Below are positions 25,148-37,879 of a stretch of DNA of 64,000 nucleotides, one piece after another. The position numbers and the translations under genes were made by a program. This DNA is from Takakia lepidozioides (taxonomy: Eukaryota > Plantae > Bryophyta), in the NCBI GenBank assembly GCA_030704615.1, contig CM060734.1, forward strand, positions 4,650,001 through 4,714,000. The letters run 5' to 3'. The notes under the pieces were generated by a model. It searched no databases and had not been told where the DNA came from. It was given only the letters and a program-made list of their open reading frames with translations. Each line of letters begins with the position of its first letter. Positions within the stretch are counted from its first letter, which is position 1.

Positions 25148-27832
25148 ATGGAGGTGCCACTAGTTGCTGGGGAAATTGCCGGTACGAGCACTAGCAATAC
25201 TAGCGGGTATACGAGACGGGGTGTGCGGTTTAGGCCACCTTCACCTCCTGTGTCTTGTACAGAAGGTTCTGATTCGGATTGTGAATCAGGAGGACTCACA
25301 CCGGCGGTGCAAGTTGTTTCCTTGCCATTGTTGTGGGACATAATGGAGGAGATGTATGGAGCCACCAAGGGGCCACGTAGGTACTCTGGGGCGGTGGGCA
25401 CCATTGAATTGGATGATTTTATCCAAGAGTTTGATAGTTGGTGTGACTTGCAGCAAATGCGCAATCCACAACTGTTTACGCCTTTGATGGCATGGAAGGG
25501 GCTGTTTCAGCATCTTGAGGGGCCGCCCATGGATGATTACCATGAGTTTAGGCGGGGGCACGATGTTGAGATCGAGGAGTGGAGGATGTACTGGTCACCC
25601 AACTATGTCTCCATCACTAGAGGCACTAGAGGCACAAGGGCAGCAGCCACACCGGCAACTACACTAGCAGTTGCAGTTGCAACAGCAGCTTCCACAAGCA
25701 GTAATGGGACTAGTGGTACAGCAACTATGACGTCCACCCAAGCTACTGCTGCACCAGCACCAGTGGCCGTGTATGCCTTCAACCGTGTTGTAGAGTTCTT
25801 CGAAGAGTTGAGAAGGAACTACCAAGGGGTGAGGACAGAGAAGTTGAGGAGCTTGCAAGAGTTCCAGAGGAAGCCTACTAAGAGCTTGAGGGAGGCTTTC
25901 ACTCGCATGAGGCGCTTGATTAATGTAACCTAAGGGGTTACGGAAGCTCAAGGTCCAATTCTGGTACGGGATATTGGACAAAGAGCTGAGGAGAAGGGTG
26001 CGGAATACAACTCTCCTACAAGCGGCCCAACCCACCTTAGCAAATACGTTTTTGCTGGCAGAGCGGATAGAGCTCAACATGGTGGAGGAATGAGTGGTCA
26101 TGGTGGGATTTGGTAAGAAGGCACCACGAGATAGTGGTGCTCCTAGCCAGCCATTACCTCAACGTGCTCAAGGCAAAAATGAGGTTAAGATGAAGCGCAG
26201 GGAAGGCAGAGAGGACCTCAGATGCAGGGGTCTCTCCCTTCATTTGCAGGCCAACAATGGGCGGATGTGGTGTGCTGGACATGTGGAGGACCCCATCTCA
26301 AAAAGGATTGCCTAGAAAGAGGCAATGGTTTGGCACCGGCACAGCATGCACTGTTGCAGTATGGGCATTGTGGCAAGTACGGGCAAGGAGAAGCCCAGTG
26401 CTATGGTTTGCATCCTGAGTTGCACCCAGACCAGTTCCAAGGGAACAATGGTGGCCGGGGTCGAGGTGGAGCAGCCCAGAGAGGACGAGGTGGCCAGACA
26501 TGAGGTACAAGCCAAGGGCAAGCTCAACATGGCCAAGGACACGGAGGTCAGGGTGTTGACCAAGGCATGGTCAACCGGCTTCAGCAGCTAGAGCAGAGGC
26601 TCGATGCCATGGCCACAGCTCAGGTGGTACCGGCTCCAAGGCCGGATGGTCCACCTCCTGCTCCTGAGGGAGGAGATATGGGAGGCATGGGATTCATGTG
26701 CGGGGCAGCACTACCACTAGTGAGGGGTGCCACTACCACTACCACTATGGGTGGGGCACCACTACCATTAGTGATGGGTGCCACTACCACTACCACTGTG
26801 GGTGGGGCACCACTACCACTAGTGTCGGGCAGCACTACCACTACCACAATGTGCGGGGCAGGACTACCACCAGTGCAAGTGGAGTCAGCTGCGGCAGTGA
26901 CTCGAGGAGCAGCTGTGGCAGTTCCTAAGCCACGGGGTGCAGAGGTGGAGTTGGATCCACAGGGTGGGGAGGCAAGCCGTCAGGCCAGGCTTCCTCAGTC
27001 ATTCACATTGGCAGAGAAAGTGTCGACGCCGTCCATGGCACCTAGTTCTTGCTCGCCTGTTACCAAGGCGGAGGTTACTATGCCATTGGGGAGAGCTACA
27101 CGGGCAGCACCACTACCTAGTGTTGCCAAGGCTACGGCAGCTAGTGTGCTGCCGGGGGCGGCCACATCTGTGTGCCAGACACCATTATTCTCGGATACCA
27201 TGATTGTGACGCCGGGGGTAAGACCGGCTGAGGTGTTCAGGCTGGCAGCTACACTCTGTGAGAGTAGGGAGGTTACTTCATCTTCTGCGGATATAGTGAG
27301 AGGTGTAGTGCCGGAGGGATCCTCGGATTTGAGGATCAAGACTGCCACGGCGGCGCCATGGCAAGCTGCAACTGCCAGGTTGATGGAGCTGCCAGCTAGG
27401 CCAGCCATTGAGCGCGCCATGGTGACATCTGGAGTTGTCATGTTAGACAACCAGGATGACATTTTCTGTTTGAGTGGACCGGCAGACAAGATGTACAGGC
27501 CGCTGCGAGTCTTGTTGGACTCGGGAGCTCAGCCATTGATGCTGGGCAGCGCTACTATTGCAGGCTTGGGCCTCACGGAGGTGGATATGGAGCCGTGCCT
27601 TTTCAAGATACAGACATCTGTGGGAGGATCGGAGCAGGCTCGGGGCATCACACGGCGTGAGTTGGCTATCAGACTACAACTGGATCATCCTATAGATAGC
27701 TCAGTAATGAGAGCCAAGGCCATTGTGACAGACGCGGTCTCGTACGATGTCATTGTTGGTGGAGCAGTGTTGTACCCCATGGGCTTCACCCTGGATTTTT
27801 GGGAGGAGTCAGCTTCCTATAGGCCTGGATGA
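25148..27832 (+). pseudogene. Gag + aspartic protease of the DNMT retrotransposon (copy 1)
   Basis: ORFs 25148-25933, 26222-26503 and 26567-27832: retrotransposon gag helix region, CCHC knuckle, RG-rich tail, LLDSGA protease and DVIVG motif. A 48-bp tandem repeat (GGAPLPLVxGATTTTT) lies at about 26700-26880. Confidence 0.85.
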
Positions 27833-28228
27833 CAGTCAGGGGAGGGCCAGCGTGTGTAGCTCCCTGTGACGTTCATAGGAGGAGTTGCGGTTGCCCAGCG
27901 AGGTAAGATGCCGACACTAGCAGCATTCACAGCTGTAGTGAGTTGGCCTGGAGAGTTGCTTGAGGGCAACGCTCATTCAGAGGATGTGTCACCTCCGGAA
28001 GAGCAGGATGACATGTATGGTATGGTGGAGTTGTCTGACATGGTTGCTCACACTCCATTGTGGGGCTCGAGCAAGGATTTGCAGCGGGTTGCTGATTGTC
28101 GTGTGCAACAAGCCTGGGTAGAGGTTTTTGTACCATCAAGAGAGGAGGACAGTGCGGGGATTGCACCAGGACCACCTCAGTTGTCACCATTGGACACCAC
28201 ACTGATCGTGTGGCAGTGTCCGAATGAA

Positions 28229-29190
28229 GGCATTTGCCTTCTGGATTTGTTTGGCGGGATCAGTACCGGATTGGCTGCTGTTCTATAGGCAGGTGTACGA
28301 GTTCGGCGTTACTTGTATGTGGAGATGGATGAGACTGCACAACGCGTCTCCCTACGCCATGTTGCTCAGTTTGTGCAGCAGTACTCTGAGTTGTTGCCGG
28401 TGTCTGCAGTTCGTGGATATCAGCAGGCCTTGCCAGCAGACATTTCGTTCCTGGGGGCGCAGGATTTGGAGCGGATTGGCTCCATTGATCTGGTAGTGGC
28501 AGGTTGGCCCTGCCAAGGGCATTCATCAGCCGGGCATGACAATGGATTGCGAGACTCGAGGTCGGGTCTGTTTTGGGAGATGGTGCGGGTTTTGCGCCAC
28601 TTACAGCTTCATCAAGCTGTATCTCCAGCATACATCTTGGAGAATGTGCCACTGATGGGCGATTCTTAGGCCAGGGTGATGACCAGTGTGCATTAAGTCC
28701 GGTCGTGGCTTGGGTCAGCAGTGTTGCTGGATGCAGCTGCAGCGGAGTCACGGGCTCATCGTCCACGGCTATGGTGGACTAATTTGATGTCACCCGCACT
28801 GCTCAAGCATGCATTTGATGGGGTGCAGCGGCCAGCACACCTCACAGTGGATAGCATTTTGGACATAGGGAGGCAGTCTCAGCGTGTGAGACACGATGAC
28901 CATTTGCCTTTGGCAATGGTCAACAAGGTGGGTCAACCACGAGCAGCACTACCTACACTGCTCAGCTTCCCAGGATCGCATGCTTTCCGGGATAGTGGAC
29001 CTGGCCTCCTGTGGGATGTTCAGTTGCAGCAATTAGTGGAGCCTAATGCCGACGAGCAAGAGCGGGCTATGGGTTTTTCCACTGGGACCACAGCGGTGTC
29101 GTCTCTTTCTGAGGCATCACGTCGTCAGGTATTGGGGCAAGCGATGGATCTCAATTGCTTGACCTGGATTATCAACTTGGCTATGGCTGA
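28229..29190 (+). pseudogene. C5 cytosine DNA methyltransferase domain (copy 1)
   Basis: Motifs in canonical order in one reading frame with three stops: I LLDLFGGI, II YLYVEMD, IV AGWPCQGHS, V RSGLF, VI ILENV, VIII AHRPRLWW, IX-X ERAMGF...LGQAMD. Confidence 0.92.
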
Positions 29191-30344
29191 GCAACGTAGA
29201 GTGCGGAGTGCATTTCCCTTGACGGTCTCTCTGCCTACCGAGACGATACAGGCAGTGAGTGGGGGCGAGCCGGTGAGGACCACGGGGTGTAGACATCCAT
29301 GGCACACGTGGGAGGTGCTCGAGGTTCAGAGGGAATTGACAGCCAAGGCGGCTGTGATGGATGAGGTTGGCGATTCTGCTTGGGTTGAGGAGGTCCTCAA
29401 GGATGAGATAATGGGGCAAGATGAGGCCTTGTCATTGACTGAGCAGTCAGGGAGTACTACTCAAGAGGTTGAAGCATAGCAACCACGGGACGCGTCCTCT
29501 ACCTCTAAGTCTGCTGGACTTAAGGTTGCAGTTACGGAGGACAATTGGGAGCCTGACATTGGACCCAGTTATGCGGCTTCCAGCATCCCACGGCTACTCC
29601 CCCGCCAAAATTTGGACCAATCAAAAATGCCCCCCCCCCAACTTTTTTCTTTTTTCTTTGTTGCCCCCTTTCTCCCTCTCTTTCCCTCTGCTGTACTAAC
29701 AGCCTGCACAATGTTCACTCTGTCCTGACCGAAGGAGGGGAGCATAGCTTCTGGCATGTTGTAGAGTAGGTCACTTTGGAGAGCTGAAAGTTAAGAATTA
29801 CGAGGCTGAATGAGGTGTTGAATACTATGATCTTCAATGCCTTTGTGTTCTGCCAGGTGGGCTACTCTAACTGTTCTGCCAGTTTGTTTTGTATTTTATA
29901 CAAATAGAGAGGGTAAGGAGGTAATAGTAGTGGAAGGAAAGCCTTGGGAAGTTTTCTTTGCCTATAGGGCAAGCCATGGCCTTTCGGGTAAGCATGATGG
30001 ACTGGATGACTGTGGAGAGTAGGTGCTTAGAGTGTAAGGATAGTGCTTAGACGGGGAAGAGGCGCTAATTTATGCCAACTGGAGTTGGCATCCGCTTTCT
30101 TCATGTTCTGTTGAGGGGCTAGGTGTTTGATGTGTTGGTCATTATGATGCACAATTTAACTCTGGGAGTTTTTCTTCAGCTGTAAATTGTATTTTTGGAA
30201 AGAATTGAGCTCTGTTGCTTGTTGACAAGTAGTTTAGGCTTGGTTATTCAGCAAATTGTGCACTTCAGAAAGAGTCGAGCTCCACTTGTATTCATTCATA
30301 CTTAAGGTAACAAAATTTCTTACTGTCTCTTTCCTTGGTTCCAG

Positions 30345-30447
30345 ATCTCTACCACTTTTGCTTCCTGCGGTAGAGGAGGGAATCTTCAATGATAACTGGT
30401 GCATCCATCAAAGCTCTGTGGAACTTTTGGGTGATATGCTGTTCAAG
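30345..30447 (+). pseudogene. GCN1: Isolated exon of GCN1/ILITHYIA
   Basis: After a TTCCAG acceptor: [34 protein letters not shown], matching plant GCN1 [34 protein letters not shown]. The donor appears mutated (ATATGT). Confidence 0.85.
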
Positions 30448-30889
30448 ATATGTAATTGTTGCATTTCACAATGTGAATGCAGTTTTCAGGCCTGCACTGC
30501 TGAGCTGAAGCAGATAAAAGAAAATAACTTTGTAATGTCCACAGGGTGCCACAAGGGCCCATGAAAAAAGAAATGATCATTTCAGTTAGAGAGTGGAAAT
30601 TGTAGCTATTTTCCATCTTTTCAACTGAGTGGTACTGTCTTTGGCTGCCCGAGAAAAATACTTGCTAATCTGGCACACAATCTCACAAGGCTTGATGACC
30701 TTGGACTATGTAAGGTGGCAGGAACTGAGCAAATCTGCAATCTGCAATCAAATGAGCAATCTGGTGGTTGAGAAGGAGCCTAGGCTACAACAAAGGGTGC
30801 TCATGGAGGGTGTTTCTCTCCTGACAACCGTACGTGTTGTCTTGCTGTCAGTCTCAACAAGTACTGCATATGATTGGAAGTTGTCTTAC

Positions 30890-31069
30890 CATGTTGAACT
30901 GGAATAGAAAGAACATGAAGAACCCCGAAGTTGTTGTTAAGAAAGAAGTAAAATTGGAAGAGCATGCCAAAGCAGACAAGCAGAGGGATGACACCAAGAC
31001 CAACAGAACGTCCCATAGGAGCCATGTCAGCGAATACGCAGAATCAACCAGTCTCATGGTTGTCATCAT
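30890..31069 (-). pseudogene. ABCA-family transporter exon fragment (frameshifted)
   Basis: MTTMRLVDSAYSLTWLLWD / LLVCFGMLFQFYFFLNNNFGV / FFLFQFNM followed by a GTAAGA donor; resembles plant ABCA2-like transmembrane region. A short preceding piece QMSNLVVEKEPRLQQ lies on the + strand at 30749-30793. Confidence 0.7.
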
Positions 31070-33067
31070 CTGCCATAGCCATTCCTCACATGTCAGATCA
31101 GACTTTCAGCCACCTTTCATTGCAACCAAAGCAGAGTTTTGACCCTTAAGCTAGGGTGATTGCAGATTGGGTTTGGGTTCATGCTGTCCACTTTTGTGAG
31201 CAAAGCTTCATCTGCTACAACCATTGGGTTCTTTGTCTTTATCATTGGCTTACTCACACAGGTCTGTTGAACACATCAAAATCAATTTTTTGGCAAGTTC
31301 AGATCATCAATGTCTATTGCTAGGATGCTGCAAGTGGAAGTTATACATGTTTAAATTGTGACAAACCTACGGATTTTTGGTGTCTGTGAACTTGCATACT
31401 TTGCTCTTGCACCACAGTGAGGATTTAATATGAAATTTTTGTCTGACAGACAATCTAAACATCAGTGTAGAAGCTAAGCATAGTGGGTTACCTGGCAGCT
31501 GGTCACTACATTTGGGTTTCCTTATTCCAAGTCCTTCTCCGTTGGCATTCACTCTGTGTGGTCTATATTCCCACCCAATCTACTTGTGCTAGGCCTTCCG
31601 TATTTTGGGGATGCCACAACCACTAAACAAGACTGAGGCATCAGCTGGTCCGGTCAAAATATATGTTCAACGTACGACAGTGATTGTGTTTTGACTATGG
31701 TGAGTTTCTCTCCTCTTGTGTGGTGCGAATTCAATCAGAATGGGTGGATTTACTTGGTGTGCTTCAATTGAGTAAACTTGTGATTCTTTCAAGCCTACTA
31801 TCACCATGCTGAATGTCTGTTGTAGGACTTTATGCAGATTCTGTTTTAATACTAAATGAACATTAGGGTGAAAAAATTCTTGATGTCATAAAGAAGATGA
31901 CACAAATTTCACACATCTTCAATTGGAGTGATTATGCAATGTGAGGAGTGTCAAAATGATGTCGAGGTGATGTACACTAATATGACATGTAATTTGTCAT
32001 TTATTCATGTAGATTGAGTTACAAATTCCACACGACATTTGCATTTAACCTTCGTACAAGTATCGTATGAGGCCAATGTACACGGATTTCGCACGTTACC
32101 GATGTTGAAATCGGACACAACACCCTCGTGCATTAAGCACACGGAAATAGGGTTTGTCAATAAGTTGCGGAATCCGTGCGATTAAGGAACAAACCCTTGA
32201 AAATCCGGATTTCGCACAGCAAAGATAAAAAATCCGTGGCTCGGCTTTGAGATGCTCTCCATCTCTCTCCCTCTCTTTTGTGCTGCTCATATAAAAAAAC
32301 AAACCTGAGAGGGAGAGAGGGGGCAAAAAAAAAAAAAAAATAGAGGGAGAGGGAGAGGGAGAGAGTGGGAGAGAGTGGGAGAGGGATCCATAACCATATT
32401 TTGTTCTCTTTTTTGCACTCCAAAGTTGAGTTATCTTCAACTTCATGCACTCTTCATAAAGAGTTCTTCAAAAGTGACCCTAGAAACGCATGTTTTTTTT
32501 TTTTCCATTTTTTTTTGTCCAATGTTTTGCATGGATGTAGTGGTGCAAACCCCGATGTCACATAAACAAAATAGAGCCAAAAATAAAATCATTACGCTCC
32601 TCAAAACCGCAATCTTATATATTCTAAATGCAAATATTCATTTTAAATTCATTTAAATTCGATTTAATTCAAAATTGGTTCAAGGGTGAGTGCGTCGTTA
32701 GGGAGGCAAATGTTTTTTTTGTTTTTTTTTGTTGAATCTTTGCACTGGTGTTGCACACATATTCAAACACATGTGGGCAAAAGTTAAGCTTGAGCCACAT
32801 CCGTTTAATGGGTGCAATGGCATGAGAGGATTTTCTTTCACAATAAACAAAATTGGTTGACATGGTGAACGCGTCCTTGGGGGGCAAATGATTTTGATTA
32901 GGTTTGAAATTTTGCATGCGTGACATTGCGCACATACATGTAATTATTGAATGACATATTTGATGCATGCACACATTGAAGGTTGTTGTTTGCATTTCGC
33001 TTAAACAAGTTGTATTGCTGCAAGGACACATTATAATATATGCCCGTATGTTCATTTGTTCATATCA

Positions 33068-35315
33068 GGATTTTGTTGTTCCCTTCCCGGTCCTTCCTCT
33101 TGGCACCCCATCCAAAAACAACCCAAGTACATCAAGTGGGAGCCGTGGGCAAGAAGCCGCGCCCACCGTTGATGAAGTACCGAACGATGATGATAATGAC
33201 AGTGACAGTGACAGTGACAGTGACAGTGACGACAACAATGAGGATGGAATTAACCAGGAGGATGTGCAAGCCATGGAGGATCTCTTAATGCATCATGTGG
33301 GTGCTGATGCCTCCCATGGAGAGGGAACCCGGCCAATCGATGATCCTGAAATGGCCCCCTCAAATGACATGGAGAGGGAGGCGAGAGTTCCCTTGTACGA
33401 AGGGGCGAAAGTGAGTCGAATTTCAACAATCTTACTTTTACTCAATCTTCAAATTCGACTTGGCATAAGTAATGTTGGGATGTCTGCCATAATGCGAACT
33501 ATTGCGGACTATATCCTTGCTCCACACTTGAAACCCAAGATGTTACGGTCGCGGAAAGAGGCGCGCGAAGTCTTGGACTCTGTGGGGATGGGCTATAAGA
33601 TTTTTCATGCATGTCCATGTGATAAAACCCTATACTACGGAGATGGTTTGCGTCTCACCAAGTGCCCAAAGTGCAAGAAAGATCGATATCGGGATGATGT
33701 CCAAGGGAAAAAAGTACCACGCAAGATATAAGTGTCATTCCCCCTCGCATGGAAATTATTTTCTTTAATCTTCTCAATGCATGTAGAGTGTATTCCACAA
33801 AGTTTAGGGTTTAGAGAGTAGTACTCATGCAAGATCTGATTGTGGCTTTGGAAGGAGTGAGTAATATTAGCGACGTTCGATTTTGACCATTCTTTTCCTA
33901 ATGAGGGAGAGGGTGCATAAAGGGAAAGACATAAGGGTGTTGTATTATGTGTGCTAATGGGAGACTACATGTGGGGGACGTGGGGTATTTCATCCTAGAA
34001 AATGCATTACTTTCCGATGATCCCACGATTGAAGGCACACTACCAAAGCCCCTCATTGGCAACACTGAAGAGATGCCACGCCTCGCATCGGAGCCCCCCT
34101 CGGGAAAGGTGTGCGGGCCACAAGATTCACAAGCATGGAGACATACTAAAGAGATGTGGCCTTTTTCTCTTGAAGGACCCACGACATGTCCACCTCGGCT
34201 TCTCCTCGGATGGGGTCAACCCATACTCTGTCCAGTCATGTACATAGTCATTCCACTTGGCCGGTGACCATGGTGAATTACAACATCCCTCCGTATCTTT
34301 CAATAAAAAAAAGACCATATCATGTTGGCTGCCATTGTACCAGGTGAGTGTTCCCATTTCATTCATATTATTCCCTTGGACTTTACATTAATCTTTTGAT
34401 CTCTGGCGCAATTCGGATGCAAGATTGATGAGTGACATAATCATGGAGTAAGACGTGTAATTCATTATGTAGTATAATTTGCTTATTGGTGGAGCATTGA
34501 AACAATGATGTGAATGTCTCACAGGAAACAAGTGGCAAACATGGACACGTACTTGCGACCTCTAGTTGATGAACTTAAGGAGCTATGGAGGGGGGGTCCC
34601 GGCATTGGATGCTTCACTTGACCCTATGGCCGGACAATCTTTTCAGATCAGAGGCATCTTGCTTTGCACAATGCATGATTATCCAGGTATATTATGTTTT
34701 CTATGAAGAACCCTCGTACATTCACTTGTTAAGGCCGGATAATATTGATGAGGATTGGGATTGATAGAAGTAACGGCGACAGTCTTGTGCACCGTAGTGG
34801 GGTAGATGGCATTATGGGCCATGCACATGACAACTTTTTGTCTTTGCTAATGTGGTGGGATGTGTATATGACTAACTGTTTGCTCGGGGCTAAGCACCAA
34901 AGGGTACCATGCATGATTGCATTGTGGCGATGATCTTGATGCACATAGCTCCCGCCATCTTCAGAAGATGGTGTATCCCAACTACCGCAAGTTTCTTCCT
35001 ATGAGCCATCGATGGAGAAGAAGAGAGAAACACTTGTTTGATGGCAAAGATGAAGTACGTCCCCCCCCTGTGACACCATCCGGGCAGTTTTGGGAGGACC
35101 GATGGAAGGAGGCCCATGCGGACACGGTCGGTGAAGTGGACGTGCCCGACATGAAGCGACTTTCAATCTTCTACGAGTTGGCATAATGGACGGTACATAT
35201 TCCACAAAAACACCATCAATATCCTTATGCATGCATGTGATATTGCACATTTTGTATGAGTTACATTCACGTCCAAATATTTGTGTAAGTATTTATGGAT
35301 GGGGGTATATGTAGG
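33068..35315 (+). pseudogene. CACTA/En-Spm TnpD-like transposase, 5' part
   Basis: PLYEGA...HACPCDKTLY...CPKCKKDRY, YFPMIPRLK, LGFSSDGVNPY, TWPV..NYNIPP, YLRPLVDELKELW, TMHDYPG, RKFLP..HRWR and SIFYEL: Transposase_21-type motifs over several exons. Confidence 0.9.
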
Positions 35316-35986
35316 TGTCGTGCGCATACATATCGCTACACAACTATATCGCTGTCCAAACCACACAACACATGTGCATGCCACACACTAGTATACCACT
35401 AGTCCAACCACTAGGCTACAACTAGTCAGTCACTAGGCTGCCCACTATGGCAGTCACTAGTCCACACAATGATAAAGAAGAAGAATACAAGCACAAACTC
35501 ATGCGAGCTCACAAAGCTGAAGCTTAAACTCATGCATATATAAACTCATCACTCAAATACAAGTCAAGCCAAGTGCACCCCACGCCATGGGGAATCCACA
35601 CTACGGCGCCATAGCTAGGCGCGGTGAGGCTCAACTCGAGAAAGATGAGTCTCCCGCGTTTGCCGTGAAGATAACCACTCCAGGGCCTAAATCTGCCTTG
35701 ACCCCTGGATTGACACTTGGGCCAATCCCAAATGTCAATATGTAAAAGCTAGCTATTTCCTAGCTAGTTTCACACTAGTGGTAAAATAACTTGACAGCTG
35801 TCGTGCGCATACATATCGCTACACAACTACATCGTTGTTCAAAACCACACAACACATGTGCACGCCACACACTAGTATACCACTAGTCCGCCACTAGTCC
35901 AGCCACTAGTCCAACCACTAGGCTACAACTAGTCAGTCACTAGGCTGCCACTATGCTGCCCACTATGGCAGTCACTAGTCCACACA
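35316..35986 (-). repeat. 3' terminal repeat block Y-X-Y (35799-35986 Y, 35470-35796 X, 35316-35468 Y)
   Basis: 35316-35468 and 35799-35986 are direct repeats. 35470-35796 matches 45937-46263. A polypurine tract (TAGGGGGGCGAT on minus, 35987-35998) abuts the inner Y. Confidence 0.92.
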
Positions 35987-36242
35987 ATCGCCCCCCTAGT
36001 TGGTGCTTAGGTCCCTCTAAGTCTAGGTAGCCACAAGATGTGATAGTGACCATAGCCTCACTAAGTCCTCCACCATTGTCCCTACTACACTCAAACTCGA
36101 TAGATCAAGAGGCCGGGTACAAGAGTTGCCCCATCGTTAGTCGCCGTCTTGCAACCTGTGAACTTGAGCCTGAGATCTCGTTTATTGACTCCTATGAGCT
36201 CGGCCTCCTATGTCTTGTTAGCTGCCTCTAGTCATGTCCACT

Positions 36243-37560
36243 GCCACTATCCCAAGCAGTGTGGACATAATCAATCTCCATCAGGAACCCTCTCAAGAGG
36301 TGGTGTCAAGCATCCCATATGCCAACCTCTTGAGCATCGATCACACACCAGCATGGTGGCTGCCCCTTTGGCAGACCCACAGAGCATGCACCTCAAACCT
36401 GCAGGTACCATTGCCAAGTTTGGGTCAACTCTGCCATCGACATTGAGAAGGTGACATGGCGCACAATTACGCATATGGTCTTTCCAAGTCATGCCATCCC
36501 GACCCTCCAAGATCAGGACTCCTGAGGGCAACACCTCTCGAACCCTCAGAATAACACACCCTGCAGTAATATCCAGGGTTGTAGGAGCAGTCTGCTGCAA
36601 ATAAACATAGTCACCCGGGCTAAACCTCCGAACCCCAGGACGATATCCTCCACCACGTATAGTGGCATACCTCAACGTATCACGGTGCTGTGCAATGGCA
36701 AGGTTCTCAAAAGCCATGGGCATGACTTTCTTGAACAACTCTGCACGCTGATCACATACACGTACCCACACGTCCGGATCGTCAAGGTTAAGGACTTGAG
36801 CAGTGCCCCTACGAATGGCTGCAGGCAAATCCGGCTCTCGGCCAAAGAGAAAGAAATATGGTGAGAATGAGGCAAGTGATGCTTGTTTGTTGAACCTGTA
36901 GCCTATGGCTAACCAAGGCACCTGAAGATCCCAATCTCCTAGATGTCCCTTCTGCAAGCCATACTTGCGCAAACCCCTCTTCACCGTCTGAACAACTCGC
37001 TCTGCCAAGCCATCGGCCTCAGGATAATCCCGAGAAGTGGTGCGGTGGTCTATCAAGGCTTTATCACACAAAGCCTAAAACTCCCCCAAGAACTCTCTCC
37101 CTTGGTCCGTGAGTACCTCAGCTGGAGCACCGAATTGGCTAAGCACACGATCCAAGAATGCATACGCAGCCCCCTCACTAGCCTTGTCAGGCAATAGAAC
37201 CAACTCAATCCACTTGGAGAAGTGCTCCACCATCACCAACACATATCTGTGGTGGCGCATAGTCAATGGCAACGGTCCTGCAAAGTCAAGACTCCACCTG
37301 TAGCCCAATCCCATGATTGGTAAAGGATGCAACTGTGGTATAGAGGCGTTGAATGAAGCATGCACCCTATCACACACCATGCACCTAGCCACAAACTGTT
37401 GCACCTCTGTATGCATACCACGCCACCAATACTGCCCCTGCAGTAACTGTGAGTGCGTCGCACTCCAAAATGCCCAACTCCTCATGGGCATGCCGCACTA
37501 ACCATGCACGCTGTGTGTGGGGTGAGGCACAATCCTCACCCGACCATCATCCCATACTCG
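36243..37560 (-). pseudogene. Integrase (HHCC + DDE core) with C-terminal PHD finger
   Basis: YWWRGM..VQQFVARCMVC, WSLDFAGP, LTDQGREF, DGLAER; then CMLC...LVCDRCSRGWHMGCLTPPLERVPDGD*LCPHC (C4HC3 PHD, about 36256-36390). Confidence 0.92.
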
Positions 37561-37879
37561 GAGCAGGTGTATCCCCTCCTACTTGAACCTCTTGGCTCGT
37601 TGTAGGATCCGATCCCTCTCCTTGGCAGTCACAGTGGCTACCGTGTCTCTAGTACGGAGGTAGTCCAACACAACCGAATCCTCATGTATATCTCCACCTG
37701 GCTCATCACTAGCCTCAGGGTCCTCAGACACTCCGTCTATAGTCATCCCTGTTGTAGGTCCAACCTGACCTCCCGATGTCAAGATACACAAAAAGGCAGA
37801 TGCATGCCATTCCGGCACCATCTCCTCATCCGTCTCACCATGCCACCGAGCTCCAGTGTTATCCTGCTGGCTCGTGCAT

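Larger units (their letters stand above)
24465..29566 (+). mobile_element. Truncated Ty3/gypsy-DNMT retrotransposon (5' UTR, gag, protease, DNMT; ends just before RT)
   Basis: Colinear with the reverse complement of about 39265-44170. Gag FIQEFDSWCD, Zn knuckle CWTCGGPHLKKDC, protease VLLDSGAQ, then methyltransferase motifs. Confidence 0.9.

Noticed and set aside
28229-29190. Host DNMT3/DRM gene or bacterial contamination
   Set aside because: Intronless, continuous with retroviral-type protease, and repeated in the same position in a second element.
32040-32300. CACTA terminal inverted repeat
   Set aside because: Subterminal-like motifs are present, but no CACTA/CACTG terminus or TSD could be identified, so element ends are not reported.
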